Source of the DNA: a virus
Reading direction: 5' to 3' (one strand)
IMG/VR virus record: IMGVR_UViG_3300025093_000013
Location: 32,001 to 96,000 of that record
DNA: 64,000 nucleotides
Shown here: positions 44,274 through 55,568 of the stretch, one piece after another
How the letters are laid out: each line of letters begins with the position of its first letter
Numbering within the stretch: the stretch's first letter is position 1
Program-made: the position numbers and the translations under genes
The notes under the pieces: model-generated
What the model saw: the letters and a program-made list of their open reading frames with translations, nothing else
What the model was told of the DNA's origin: nothing
Database searches by the model: none

Positions 44274-47200
44274 AAAGTTTAGTAGAAGGAACTACTCAGA
44301 GGCACTGGATAAACTAGTGCCTCAGATTTATAATGAAGAGGATCTTAAGCTCGCTGAAGAGAAGCAGGACCTTCCTTCTAAGATACTTGATGCTGATGCG
44401 GATCTAGTCCTAAAGTTTCTTGACATAAACGGTCTTATCTATGATTACTCTGATAATGACGGTAGAACTTACCCAACCCTTAACTTAGAGTTTTCTTCTT
44501 GGAATACCTCTTCCTATTCAGATAGAACTGCGTCCTCTACTAACGCCTACTCTGGATACTCAGAGGGGTTAGTAAAGTATTTCATTCCTCAAAATAAGTT
44601 AACTGAGATTACTCCTAGCGAGTTCGACCTAGAGATCTTAAGTCCTTTAGGGTATGATATAAACGACTACGAGACCTCCGCAGCCTTTAGAACCTTTGTA
44701 AGTGGAACCTTGCTGCCCCAGCTACAACTAGGAAGTGGACCCGCATCCAGCCCTTCCCCTGCTGTGCTTCCTACGGAATTTGGATCTACACATGACAAGG
44801 CCGCTAATTACCTTATCGATTCATTAGGCTTGTTCGCCTTAATGAATTATGATCAGTATTATACTGACAAAGTAAGAGAACTAATCTCCGATAAGTTCAC
44901 AGATAAATTCTATAACTTCAAGAAAACAGTTACCTTAGGTGACGCTCTAGAAGTCTTGAAGAGGTTATCTTTTGTTTATACTGATTTACAGCCAAGGGCA
45001 TGGAACGATGAATTTAGAGTCTCAGCGACAACCCATTTAAGCGGAACACAGTCATTAGACAAGTACCTAACTTGGAACAATATACTGTATGATCTACCTT
45101 TAACGGAAGAGGATGAAACTTTTACAAAGGACTTTTACATAAAGTTCTTTGAAGACAAAAACTTCACAATTCCTTATGTAACCGAAGGTCCTTTGAAGAA
45201 GTTCTTAACTGCTATGGGCTTCTTGATAGGAGATATTGATAATGAAGTATTATCACTCGAATCTTTAAACTCAATTGAAGAGTGTCCTGCTAAGTATCTT
45301 CCATACCTAGCTGATCAAATTGGATGGGAATTTTATACGAGTAATAGCGAGTCTTGGAGAAGACAGCTTCGAGACGCTCGAAAGCTGCTTCAAAAGAAAG
45401 GAACTAAGCAAGGGCTCATTGATCTACTGAAGTCCATTTTACCAGCCACTGAGATTGATTTTGATAATGGGTTCTCTGAATACTACGAGTCTTACATTCC
45501 TTATCTGATTTACTACCTACTTAAAACTGAAGCAGATCAGTTAGAGTCTTTTAGCGTTTGGAATCAGACAAAGGCTAATGAGTTCGCAGGAGGAGAGTTT
45601 GATCCTAGCGACTTGGATAAAAACATTAGATTTGTAGTTGACCATATTCTTCTAGAGGCAGTATACGAGTTCTCGGATTTATTTAACATTCAAGGATACG
45701 CTTTCGCTCCTGACAACCCTAAGTTTACTTTCAACTATAGAGATAGGGATTTCAACATACCTCCATTTGAGGACGAGCGATTCTACAAGGATTGTGACCT
45801 AACATATGATCTGGTAAAGTTCTTCAAGGAGAAGATGGTATGTTTAGGTGTTGAAGATTCTATATGTGATTCCTTCGAGAGTTACATTCTCTCAAATACT
45901 ATCGATGGGGATCAAGATCCTAAACTCTACAACAATGGGTTCTTGTTCTTGACAGAAAGCTTACAGCAGGCTCCTAATTACGATAGAGTAATAACTGATC
46001 TAGAGAGCAAGCTGTACGATTATCTCCCACTATGGAACGGTAAATCCTCTCAATTCACTTTGCAGGTATCATCAGGAACTTTTGACGATAAGTTCTTTGT
46101 ACAGACTGCTTATACGACTGAAGACTTCTTTGAGTCACTAAAAGCTATTTCTGATTTCGTCCCAGCTAAGGCAATAGAGAGAGTCGATGTAAACCTTAGA
46201 AGGACTGATGCTTTAGATTCGTTTACAAACACTTATCCAAGGGCTTCCTATAGAATGTTGGACACCCCAAGTCCAAGTGGTGCCATGGCTTCCTTTGAGA
46301 TATCAACTCTCAACATGAGGTCCAATGTTCTAGGGTTAGTGGGAAGTAGTGTCGATCCAAATTATGTAAAAGATCCACGGAGTACGAACGACTACTCGGC
46401 TCTACCCGTGTTCAAGAGAGACAGATTAAGTTTTTCTCGAACATCTACTAATGACGCTTACATCGATGTAAGCTCCGTTTACACTGTTAGTGGTCCTTAC
46501 GAAGAAGTTGCTCCTAGAACTGCGGTTAGAAGGCGAGACCTACAGAAGAACCTTTCAAAAGGGCAAATCTTTAGAAGAGATGGGTTTAATCCTCCTTCGT
46601 TCTTGAATACAACTACTAAAGGCACGGGGACCAGTTTAACAGCCCTAGGTGATCTGAGTTCTTTCGTGGAGTATATTCCTCTAGGACTAATCCCAAGCTC
46701 ATACACCTTCACCCCTGTCCCTGACCACAAGAATGTCCCAGAGGTGTACGACGAGTGCCAAACAACCGCTTCGAATGATGTTTTCAATGGTGTTAGAAGT
46801 AAGTACACATTCAAGACTAGAGGGGCTGTTGATACCTATAACTTACCTTTGGATCACGGGTATGCTAATAATCTTGTATTCAAGTACAGGGATAACCTAG
46901 ACGAGATTTATAAGCTTATCGTAGATCTCAAGGATGAGGATCTTGAGCTACAGGCGAAGTTAACTGTTGATAATAATCTTAATGTTATTAAGAATATAAA
47001 CTGGAAGGACGAGTACGAGTCTATAAAGAATAGTCTCTGGAATGATTTGGATTACTCTATAGAAAACGACTTCAACAAGATGAGGATGGATTTCTACAAG
47101 AGGCTTCCAAATGAAATGAACAAGACCTTCCACTACCTTTACTTAAACGACTATGTAAAGCAAGGTAGAGGTAGCCTGTCTAATGCTACTTTGGATGATG

Positions 47201-50022
47201 TTATATACGGGGGAGCGTCTCTTATATCCCATATCTACGGTCCAACATTCTTCAATGCTTTACATAAGCTCGATGGATCCGCAGTAGGAAATGTCTTAGC
47301 CTCGATTGATGCTGATAGAGATACTGTATTTGATAGAAAGACAGAGATAATTAACAACAAGATAAAGTCTCTTAACGAAGACTTCGAGTTCCAAATAAGG
47401 TACTGTGACAATAATTTATCGGATACGGATTTCCAAGTAGGAACTGCCCCAGAGTCGTTTAGCCAAAACTACATTAGTGGTGTAGAGATTCATACATGGA
47501 AAAACTCTGCTGCTAACAAAATGTTTGTGTACGACCTGTCTTCTGATGAAGGCTTCTTGTCTGAAAACTCAACGCTACTTGATGGAAACCTTTTAGGTAT
47601 GAAGTCCAAGGAGTTCTTACCAAGACTAAAGTATACCTTCAAGTACAAAGAAGCAGGAGATACCGACAATTTCTTACGCCCTGAACATAACTTTTCTGTA
47701 GAGTTGAGTTCTCTTTTCCTAAGAGAGGACAGCTTCCAGACTGACCAAAGAACGGCTTCTGTCTGGATTCATACAGAGAAGGAAACCGACTTCTACGGTA
47801 AGAGTATTTTCTGGAATTATATGCCTGACGGCACCTGGAAGATTATAGATTCAAGTTCTGTAGAGGGAAGTGAAGGTATTGCGTATGTGAGAAACAATTT
47901 AGTTCACAACTTTGCTCACTCTAAGAAAACTATAGAGAATAAGGTTGAGATTAATTCATGCTACATTGATAATGTCAATAGAGAGGTTCTTTACTCACTT
48001 GTAAATGAGGACTTTTATGTAGATAAAGTTCACTTCAATACCTTGAATAGGCACATTGCAGTTCCTCTATCTTACTACCAGTATAAGCAACAAGTTCACC
48101 GTTCTGATCAGAACTACATGATCGAAGTATTCCCTTCACTTACGCAAGATGATTCACAGTTCTGGGCCACCAAAGGAATCAAGTGTGTTGATGAAACCAT
48201 GAGGTTAAGAGCCTCTGTTCAAAAGAGCTTTGAGATACCCGACTACTCACTGTCACTAACGGATACTCAAAAGAAAGTCGAGTTCTTCTATCCTGATGGA
48301 GGCGCAGTCCCCTTAGGAACCACTGTTTATATCACTAGGGATGGTGAGGTTTATGATGGGCCTAAGGAGCTAACCATATCAGTATCCAAGGGAGGCAAGA
48401 GAATACTATACTCAAAAGCTTTCATTGGCACTACGGATTATGTCCCAAATACGGATGGTGAGATTGAATATCGTGAGGTTCCTTATGAGGGTTATGCACA
48501 AATAAACGGTTACAACCCTTGGGATGTTATAGTTATCCAAGGCAAGATAACTAGTGTAGAACTTTTAAACATCGTACAGAATAATGTTATAAAAGACTCA
48601 ACTTTATCCTCCTTTGGATTTACGGGAGATATGATTGAAGCAGTTCAGGTTAGGAAAGATCCAAGAATTTCTGGAGGAATTTCAGAGTCTAGATATACAG
48701 ATTTGGGATTCACGCCCCTGACCACTTCTACTGTTTTTACGGTTACTAATGTTAAAACCGAGACTCCTTTTGGAGATAACTACGCCATCCTCTCTGCTAA
48801 CGGTATGGACTTTTGGCAGACAACAGAGTTAATGGCATCTTATATCAAGAACGATATCGGAGGTTCTTATCTATTCAACACGGGACAAATATCTCTGAAC
48901 CCAGAACTGTCTTCTAATTATTTATCTAACGAAGAAGTCGTACAAAGTACATCATTTGGAGAAACCTCAGGATATGTAGATACTGATTCAAGAACGGCCA
49001 CCACCGATCATCACAATTTCTTTATAGAGGCTTCAAAGAAGGATAGGTTCGACAATCAATACGATTTCCCTAGAGATTTGGTTTTCTATGAGCCCATCTC
49101 TGACGGAACTAAAAATAACTTTGTTATATTAACAGCAGTATTCGCAGTAACTGACAATTCTCCTTCTAGAATCGGCCTCGACATGGGTATTGGAGGATTT
49201 TCACCTCACCATCAAAACAATAGAACTGTGAGTGTTGTTTATAATGTATCAGGAACTTCATCTGGCTTCACTGAGAAATTTAGCTGTGAACCTTCTAGGT
49301 CGTTAGATATTAACAGTAGAGCAATAAGACCTAGTGCGGGCACTCTAAACGACTTCATAGGCGTGTCCGAGTTTCCTTTTGTAGATGATATTCGTGAATT
49401 AAGATACCCAGTGGCACCTTTTGGAACTTTAAGGGCTGGTATGGCTGGGGGTTATGATGTTGACAACAAGTGGAAGTTAATGTTCATAGCTATTGATTGT
49501 AAGAAGATGGAGGAGTTTTCACAAAACTATCCAAACATTGATAGTTATTTCCCTAATAGGGCTGCTGAAACTCTCAACACCCCTGCTAAATTAGCATTTT
49601 CTATGATGATGGATCAAGATCAATCAGTTTCTTCTGGATCTGTAGAAATAGCTCACTTGGGCATTCATTCAGACATGTTAGATCCTGATTATCAATTCCC
49701 TTTATCATACTTTACAAATACTACTGTCTTAAATTCACAGACTAATTCCTACCCCTCAATCCGTGGAACTGAGCTTGGAAACTATATTACCAAAACAGTG
49801 GATCAGGAATTCGTTAGGAAGCCTAGAAATCTCCTATCTATCTTTAGATTCTATAATGATATTGCTGACGACCTTCAGTCTAGGGACAACACAAAAACTG
49901 AAAAGATGTATGGACCTAATGGCGGCGGTAGATCCAACTATAGAATTCATCCAGCCGAGTTTGCGGACTCGTCAACCTTCCTCTCTAATGGAAGGATAGA
50001 TAACTTGAACATTACGAACTGA
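44266..50022 (+). CDS. Giant baseplate wedge protein (gp7 / P2 gpI-like domain)
   Basis: 1918 aa; CPAKYLPYLADQIGW...R..L......KKGT..G motif; follows gp6. Confidence 0.7.
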   Translation: MSRKFSRRNYSEALDKLVPQIYNEEDLKLAEEKQDLPSKILDADADLVLKFLDINGLIYDYSDNDGRTYPTLNLEFSSWNTSSYSDRTASSTNAYSGYSEGLVKYFIPQNKLTEITPSEFDLEILSPLGYDINDYETSAAFRTFVSGTLLPQLQLGSGPASSPSPAVLPTEFGSTHDKAANYLIDSLGLFALMNYDQYYTDKVRELISDKFTDKFYNFKKTVTLGDALEVLKRLSFVYTDLQPRAWNDEFRVSATTHLSGTQSLDKYLTWNNILYDLPLTEEDETFTKDFYIKFFEDKNFTIPYVTEGPLKKFLTAMGFLIGDIDNEVLSLESLNSIEECPAKYLPYLADQIGWEFYTSNSESWRRQLRDARKLLQKKGTKQGLIDLLKSILPATEIDFDNGFSEYYESYIPYLIYYLLKTEADQLESFSVWNQTKANEFAGGEFDPSDLDKNIRFVVDHILLEAVYEFSDLFNIQGYAFAPDNPKFTFNYRDRDFNIPPFEDERFYKDCDLTYDLVKFFKEKMVCLGVEDSICDSFESYILSNTIDGDQDPKLYNNGFLFLTESLQQAPNYDRVITDLESKLYDYLPLWNGKSSQFTLQVSSGTFDDKFFVQTAYTTEDFFESLKAISDFVPAKAIERVDVNLRRTDALDSFTNTYPRASYRMLDTPSPSGAMASFEISTLNMRSNVLGLVGSSVDPNYVKDPRSTNDYSALPVFKRDRLSFSRTSTNDAYIDVSSVYTVSGPYEEVAPRTAVRRRDLQKNLSKGQIFRRDGFNPPSFLNTTTKGTGTSLTALGDLSSFVEYIPLGLIPSSYTFTPVPDHKNVPEVYDECQTTASNDVFNGVRSKYTFKTRGAVDTYNLPLDHGYANNLVFKYRDNLDEIYKLIVDLKDEDLELQAKLTVDNNLNVIKNINWKDEYESIKNSLWNDLDYSIENDFNKMRMDFYKRLPNEMNKTFHYLYLNDYVKQGRGSLSNATLDDVIYGGASLISHIYGPTFFNALHKLDGSAVGNVLASIDADRDTVFDRKTEIINNKIKSLNEDFEFQIRYCDNNLSDTDFQVGTAPESFSQNYISGVEIHTWKNSAANKMFVYDLSSDEGFLSENSTLLDGNLLGMKSKEFLPRLKYTFKYKEAGDTDNFLRPEHNFSVELSSLFLREDSFQTDQRTASVWIHTEKETDFYGKSIFWNYMPDGTWKIIDSSSVEGSEGIAYVRNNLVHNFAHSKKTIENKVEINSCYIDNVNREVLYSLVNEDFYVDKVHFNTLNRHIAVPLSYYQYKQQVHRSDQNYMIEVFPSLTQDDSQFWATKGIKCVDETMRLRASVQKSFEIPDYSLSLTDTQKKVEFFYPDGGAVPLGTTVYITRDGEVYDGPKELTISVSKGGKRILYSKAFIGTTDYVPNTDGEIEYREVPYEGYAQINGYNPWDVIVIQGKITSVELLNIVQNNVIKDSTLSSFGFTGDMIEAVQVRKDPRISGGISESRYTDLGFTPLTTSTVFTVTNVKTETPFGDNYAILSANGMDFWQTTELMASYIKNDIGGSYLFNTGQISLNPELSSNYLSNEEVVQSTSFGETSGYVDTDSRTATTDHHNFFIEASKKDRFDNQYDFPRDLVFYEPISDGTKNNFVILTAVFAVTDNSPSRIGLDMGIGGFSPHHQNNRTVSVVYNVSGTSSGFTEKFSCEPSRSLDINSRAIRPSAGTLNDFIGVSEFPFVDDIRELRYPVAPFGTLRAGMAGGYDVDNKWKLMFIAIDCKKMEEFSQNYPNIDSYFPNRAAETLNTPAKLAFSMMMDQDQSVSSGSVEIAHLGIHSDMLDPDYQFPLSYFTNTTVLNSQTNSYPSIRGTELGNYITKTVDQEFVRKPRNLLSIFRFYNDIADDLQSRDNTKTEKMYGPNGGGRSNYRIHPAEFADSSTFLSNGRIDNLNITN

Positions 50023-51869
50023 TGAAAGGGCATGTAGAGATATTCACTGAGGTAAATGGAGAGAAAGTAGTTCTCCACGAAGACTCCAATTTGATTGTGG
50101 ATGGAGCAGGGGAGGCTATTGTGGATATGCTCACCTATACCCCAGGCATCGCGCTGTCTAGTAATGAGGAGTCTACTTCAAATAATGTCGTAGCCGAGAG
50201 GGCTCTGGATACTTCTAATTTCATTATCCAAGGCATGACCTTCGGCAAGGGTTTAACTGGATATAAAACTAACTTACACACATATAAGAGGCATAATCTT
50301 ATAGCAAGTGCGAATGACCTCGTAGGAATCACCCCAGGGTATAGAAGCGGTGTCACCATAGAACAACTTCCAGGGGATCATATATATGATTTCTCTAGTA
50401 ATGTATTCTTTGCAAGCTCGACTGACGGTGCTAATGGAGGATATTTTGCATTCGGTTCAAATGTATTCGATCAAGGTTACATCGACTTACTTTCGGGCCT
50501 ACCTAAAGTTTTTTCCATAGATGTAAAGCTTGATCTTAATAACTCTCCTAATCCTAGAGGGTCAACCGATGATGGCCCTCAGTTTGTCCCAGTATCCTTT
50601 GATATAAGTAGCGGAGGAGAAAGAAGTTTTTGCACTGCTTTGTTTGCTACTGAATACAGAGCCGTAACTATAGGAGGCGTTGAATATAAAGCAGGAGACT
50701 TAATTTCTTTTTATAATGAAGGTATACGGGGTGGTGCTAGAGCTTATCCTAATGCTTTATTTAAAGACTTGGGGGCTGGTTGGAAAAGAATCATGTTTGT
50801 CATACCAGAGGCGACTACTTATGATTCTACAAAAGATTTTCAAATTAAAGTATTTCCTGTAGGTAGTGTTGAGTTAGAAAGCACTGATTTAGGAGGAGGA
50901 TTTAAAAGCATAGTAGGGGGCATGTTGTTTGCTAGACCTTCCTTGAATGTAGGATCTCTTCCAATAAATTATTTCCTTCCCAAAGAGTCTGTAACTACAT
51001 CATCTACTGATTTCTCAGCGTTTCAATTTACTCCATCCTCAATAGTTCTAAAAGAAGATGGGTATTACCTTCCTAATAATACGGGCACAGTAACTAACGC
51101 ATCTCTTGGATATAATGTCAGCGCGTCTTTACCAGCCATGCCTCATCCAAATGATACTTCTTTAGAGCCTAATACCTCTACAGCATATCAAGACTCCGTG
51201 GATGTTAGTGGGCTCTACAATGGGCATAACTTAAACACGCTTCAGTTAGTTGGAAAAACAGTTAAAAAGATAACTGATTTCGTTCCTTCTTCTTGGAGTA
51301 TCGGGGGCTTACAGAGCAACATAGATGACATTGAAATACAGAAGGACTTTAGATGGTTTGGTTGCTTTGCGGATGAAGCGAATGACCCTGCTTATCTAGT
51401 AAGCTCGATAGATCAGCAAGCGTATGAAAACCCTCTTAGAAATAGAACCTCTTCTGGAGATAGATTTAACAGTGTCTCTAGCATGGATTATAATGGTTTT
51501 CTTAGAGCTTATTACTATAACACTGGAGAGGGCACCGACAACAACTCCAAGTTACTGGTATCATCACTTTCTGATTTCTCATCCACGGGTAGAGTTACTT
51601 ACAGCGTCAAAATAAATAGAACTGATGTGGAGATGGCAAACTACTTCGGTGGCATCTTTGATTTAGGATTGTACACAATGGACCCTAACGCTACGAGGGT
51701 CAAGAATGGAATAGACTTATCCAGATCTATAGATAAGGATCCTTGGACTGGAGACGATATGGAGTTTAGGTTATTCGCTCAAAAATCCATGAACTATGAT
51801 ATTACTCACGGTAACGGATTTAATTCAAAAGATTCTATAACAATAAACTGGACGATTGATTTCATATGA
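50022..51869 (+). CDS. Baseplate/fibre-attachment protein, paralog 1
   Basis: MKGHVEI...N.IVDG; C-terminal I.WTIDF. Confidence 0.65.
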   Translation: MKGHVEIFTEVNGEKVVLHEDSNLIVDGAGEAIVDMLTYTPGIALSSNEESTSNNVVAERALDTSNFIIQGMTFGKGLTGYKTNLHTYKRHNLIASANDLVGITPGYRSGVTIEQLPGDHIYDFSSNVFFASSTDGANGGYFAFGSNVFDQGYIDLLSGLPKVFSIDVKLDLNNSPNPRGSTDDGPQFVPVSFDISSGGERSFCTALFATEYRAVTIGGVEYKAGDLISFYNEGIRGGARAYPNALFKDLGAGWKRIMFVIPEATTYDSTKDFQIKVFPVGSVELESTDLGGGFKSIVGGMLFARPSLNVGSLPINYFLPKESVTTSSTDFSAFQFTPSSIVLKEDGYYLPNNTGTVTNASLGYNVSASLPAMPHPNDTSLEPNTSTAYQDSVDVSGLYNGHNLNTLQLVGKTVKKITDFVPSSWSIGGLQSNIDDIEIQKDFRWFGCFADEANDPAYLVSSIDQQAYENPLRNRTSSGDRFNSVSSMDYNGFLRAYYYNTGEGTDNNSKLLVSSLSDFSSTGRVTYSVKINRTDVEMANYFGGIFDLGLYTMDPNATRVKNGIDLSRSIDKDPWTGDDMEFRLFAQKSMNYDITHGNGFNSKDSITINWTIDFI

Positions 51870-54800
51870 AAGGCTTAGTTACAATAACAAAAGTTTACAG
51901 AGACGGCACAAAAGAACCAGTTTGTGTTAAGGATCCTAACATTCTAACTCAAGGGTTTGCTCTTGACATGGCAAACCTTATGACAGCAGGCGCGAACACT
52001 ACTACTCAGAACTACAAGTTTGGATACTTTCAACTAGGAACAAGCTCTTACTACTCCGCTCCCGTGGAGCCTGCTCAACACTGGACGGATGCGTTACCCT
52101 ACACTACTGTAAGGAATTTCTCAAGGTTGAACAGCCCTTTAGCGACCACCGCAGACTACGGTAGCGAAACCGCTCTAGAGCTAGTAACGAGAGATTGTAT
52201 AGTTTACAAAGAAGACTTTGTTCCCCTAAAAGATATTGAGTACACTAAAGAGTCTGAGGTTTTGGGGGTTCTAAACGAAGATAACTGCTTCCCTCTTCAA
52301 CTTCCAGGCGATGATGAGAATGGTGTTATTATAAAGATAACACTAGACTATGGAGCCTTGAACGGAAAGTCTCTGCAAGAGTTTGGTTTGTTTACAAGAA
52401 ACCCTGAAGCTAATAGATCGGAAGACAATCCTATCCTAACTTGCTACAAGTCTATTCAAACACCTATTGAAAAGACTGATGAGTTCATGTTGGAGATTGA
52501 TTGGGCAATTCAGTTTGTAGGAACAAGGAAGTTAACAGAGGATGCTGCTAGGCTAATATCCATGCACCCAGCGGGCATTAAGAGAAAGGTAACGAATAGA
52601 GTAGCAGTTCAAAATGTAGGGTATGTTCAGGAGGGAGATAAGTTTGATGTAACAATAGAAACTCCCATACCTACCTCCGAGGATGCTTATCTGTATTACA
52701 ATGTTCTAAGTGATGGCGTTTATGATTATGATCATTACGCAGTTTCAGGAACTCATTGGGCTATAGTTGATTCAGACGGTAATCATACTTCCGCTTTTAA
52801 TTCTCCTTTGTTCTGGCCTAAAGGGACTACGAATACCACCTTTACTGTAAGTGCTCTGGATACGGGAAGGTTCTACGGGCAGAAGTCTTTGGCATTTGAG
52901 CTATCTTCATACACAGGAAAGGACAAGTACATCGATTTTCAGGAATCTTTAGATGGTAATGTGGTTGTTTATCACATAAGGTCCTCCCATACTCCTAACT
53001 CTTTGGAATTCTTAACAGTTCTTCCTTCTACTCAAACGCACCCAATTCCAGTCAGCGGAACCATATCAACAAATGGCCTCCATGCTCCCGTAGAATGTTC
53101 TGCATACTTAGATGTCTCTACAAACGCCTCTTTGTATAGATTAGGCCGAAGAGTAGCGGGGGTTACTAGTTATTTTGATGGAGTGTTTGATTCTTCACGG
53201 ACATATCATGCATTTCCTATGGAGGCATCCACTGAGGTATTCGCTTTATCATCTTCAACTGCTGCTGAGTTTAATGTGTCCCTCCTAAACACCCCCTCAG
53301 GAGAGCCTGTTTACAATCTAAACACTTACTCTCTTGATCCCAGAGGTTATTTCCAAAGGCCAACAACCACAAGCGGGATAGGCGTTCCCCCTAACATCAA
53401 TTACCTAGACATAAGTGCCAACAGAGATGATATCAATGTTAAAAGTGGGTTAGGAACTTGGACTCAAGAGAACGGCATGTTTACTACTGCTAACCTAGAG
53501 GGTTGGCCTGGGGCTAACTTACACTCTGGGTTTGATGTGTACAATACTCAACCTCCTGATGGGGTCTTGATGCGTCAATTTCAACTTAGTTCGCAGCCCG
53601 ATGGTATACTTCCTGCAAATTTCTTCTATAGCCCTCAGGAACTATATGTTTGGCCTAGAAATGAAAACAAGTTGTTCGAGCCCTCATGTGGAAAAAGACG
53701 CCCAGGGCAGTATGATTATCTGATGGACGGAACGGGAGAGAGACCTGGGGGAGATTACTACGATCAAGTAGCTCCTTATGATTCAAGTCTCTCCACTGTC
53801 GTATTCTCCACATATATTAAGAAAGTAGATGATATTACAAAGGATCCCGTAAGGACTACTGATGCATCTGTTATTAGTAATGAGTTCTTTCAGATGGATG
53901 TTGTTGTTAGGGGGTATGTTGGAGTTGGATTCTATGCATCCCAGAAATCTAAAAATGCCCAGTTCCAGTGGAACTCTCAGGGCGGCATAGACCCTATTCG
54001 CGTCAAGGCTGCTCACGAAGGGGCTTTTAGACTCTCAAACCCAAGCTCCCTTGAAATTCTTTTCACCTCTGCCACAGGAGCGAATACTTTCTTGGCTGAC
54101 AGCGATATTGGACTACAACTCTCTTCCTCACAATATGGAGTTCTAGGAACCATTGAAGGAGAGAGGCAGGACTTTTTCCTTCCAAACAAGTCTGGGGTCC
54201 CAGTATTCACTGGCTCTATTAATGTAACAAGTTCATTACCTTATTCTTTCCCATTTGCTGATCTAACAGGTGCAGGGCACACAGTCAGTGCGGTAAACGG
54301 AAGCCTTCATTTAAGTAGTGTAGATCCTCCTCAAGTTAATCAAGGTCCTTTTGGATTTACTTCAAAAGGCATAGGAGAGAGGTACGACTGTGGAGTGTTC
54401 TCTGGGACCAATAACGGAGACACTAACGCATCTAAGGATATGGCTGCCTACGGGTATACTGATCCCTTATGCAAGGATGGTTGGTATAGAGTTTGGGTGG
54501 CTGCTGATGTTCCTGAGGACTTTTACGAAACATCAATATTTGCAGAAGCAAGCCCAGAGGTATCGGGCGCTTTCCACGAAAGAAACATATTCCCCTCAAG
54601 TGCGGGTCTGAGAGATGCTACGGGTTGGCTTGTAGGCGTTGATCCCCCTAATTACAGAGAGGGAGATACAGGAAACAAAGGAAACTTCTATCAGGTCCCC
54701 ACGGTGGCCTCTGGGTGTCTAATCGCTTGGAACCAGTTTGAAAGATATCCTAAAACAGGAGCTTTCCATAAAGGACATTCTAGTGGGTACATGCCTAGAC

Positions 54801-54895
54801 CCTATCAATCTAGACCTTTCTCATTCTTTACTCCTAGATTTAACGCATTCACTGATGATACGGGAACTTCTTCGGTTACCCTGACAATAACCTGA
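51866..54895 (+). CDS. Baseplate/fibre-attachment protein, paralog 2 with long C-terminal extension
   Basis: MKG.V.I.KVY.DG, GYFQLG, EFGLF.RNP, DNPIL, W.IQF. Confidence 0.65.
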   Translation: MKGLVTITKVYRDGTKEPVCVKDPNILTQGFALDMANLMTAGANTTTQNYKFGYFQLGTSSYYSAPVEPAQHWTDALPYTTVRNFSRLNSPLATTADYGSETALELVTRDCIVYKEDFVPLKDIEYTKESEVLGVLNEDNCFPLQLPGDDENGVIIKITLDYGALNGKSLQEFGLFTRNPEANRSEDNPILTCYKSIQTPIEKTDEFMLEIDWAIQFVGTRKLTEDAARLISMHPAGIKRKVTNRVAVQNVGYVQEGDKFDVTIETPIPTSEDAYLYYNVLSDGVYDYDHYAVSGTHWAIVDSDGNHTSAFNSPLFWPKGTTNTTFTVSALDTGRFYGQKSLAFELSSYTGKDKYIDFQESLDGNVVVYHIRSSHTPNSLEFLTVLPSTQTHPIPVSGTISTNGLHAPVECSAYLDVSTNASLYRLGRRVAGVTSYFDGVFDSSRTYHAFPMEASTEVFALSSSTAAEFNVSLLNTPSGEPVYNLNTYSLDPRGYFQRPTTTSGIGVPPNINYLDISANRDDINVKSGLGTWTQENGMFTTANLEGWPGANLHSGFDVYNTQPPDGVLMRQFQLSSQPDGILPANFFYSPQELYVWPRNENKLFEPSCGKRRPGQYDYLMDGTGERPGGDYYDQVAPYDSSLSTVVFSTYIKKVDDITKDPVRTTDASVISNEFFQMDVVVRGYVGVGFYASQKSKNAQFQWNSQGGIDPIRVKAAHEGAFRLSNPSSLEILFTSATGANTFLADSDIGLQLSSSQYGVLGTIEGERQDFFLPNKSGVPVFTGSINVTSSLPYSFPFADLTGAGHTVSAVNGSLHLSSVDPPQVNQGPFGFTSKGIGERYDCGVFSGTNNGDTNASKDMAAYGYTDPLCKDGWYRVWVAADVPEDFYETSIFAEASPEVSGAFHERNIFPSSAGLRDATGWLVGVDPPNYREGDTGNKGNFYQVPTVASGCLIAWNQFERYPKTGAFHKGHSSGYMPRPYQSRPFSFFTPRFNAFTDDTGTSSVTLTIT

Positions 54896-54946
54896 TGCAA
54901 ATAATGGATTATTCTATCACATATAATAAATATATGAGAGGCTGTT

Positions 54947-55567
54947 ATGAGTTCAGTAAAGTTTAACCCTAAAGGACACCTTGAGATTTGGAAGGTCTAC
55001 GAGGATGGATCTAAGGACCTACACTGGTCTGAGCAAAATGTAATCACCTCTGGTATGGGTGTTGGGCTTGCAAGTCTTTTTGCTGCCTCGGGGTCCTCTA
55101 ACATAAAAGATTATCAAATAGGTTACTTTCAGGTTGGGGTCAGTGGAGATATCAATAACTATGGAAGTTCTTCCTATGAGTTATCCTCTCCCTTGGAGTC
55201 TGCTACCAACTACGGTGTTCTTTTATCTCCCGATGGTGAACGAGATAGTTCCTCAATAGCTTTTACAGATGTTGTGGATCTGAATCCTCTAAAGAACGGG
55301 GTAGTCGTGGCTGGCACGGAGCCCTTCGTTAGAATTAGATACAGCAACATACATAGAATATCCAAGAACTCGGTCAGATTTACTTTAGTCATGGCACCTA
55401 GATCAGGTGTTGCTGTGACTCAACCCCTAAATGAAGTAGGTCTTTTCATGAGAAATCCTCTGGGTAACTCTGAGGACAACCCTATCCTAGTGGCCTACAG
55501 ACCTTTCACAGCAATCAAAAAGACATCAGCCTTCACTCTAGTCTTCCTCTGGACAATCCAATTCTGA
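54947..55567 (+). CDS. Baseplate/fibre-attachment protein, paralog 3
   Basis: KGHLEIWKVYEDG, GYFQVG, EVGLF.RNP, DNPIL, WTIQF. Confidence 0.7.
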   Translation: MSSVKFNPKGHLEIWKVYEDGSKDLHWSEQNVITSGMGVGLASLFAASGSSNIKDYQIGYFQVGVSGDINNYGSSSYELSSPLESATNYGVLLSPDGERDSSSIAFTDVVDLNPLKNGVVVAGTEPFVRIRYSNIHRISKNSVRFTLVMAPRSGVAVTQPLNEVGLFMRNPLGNSEDNPILVAYRPFTAIKKTSAFTLVFLWTIQF

Positions 55568-55568
55568 T

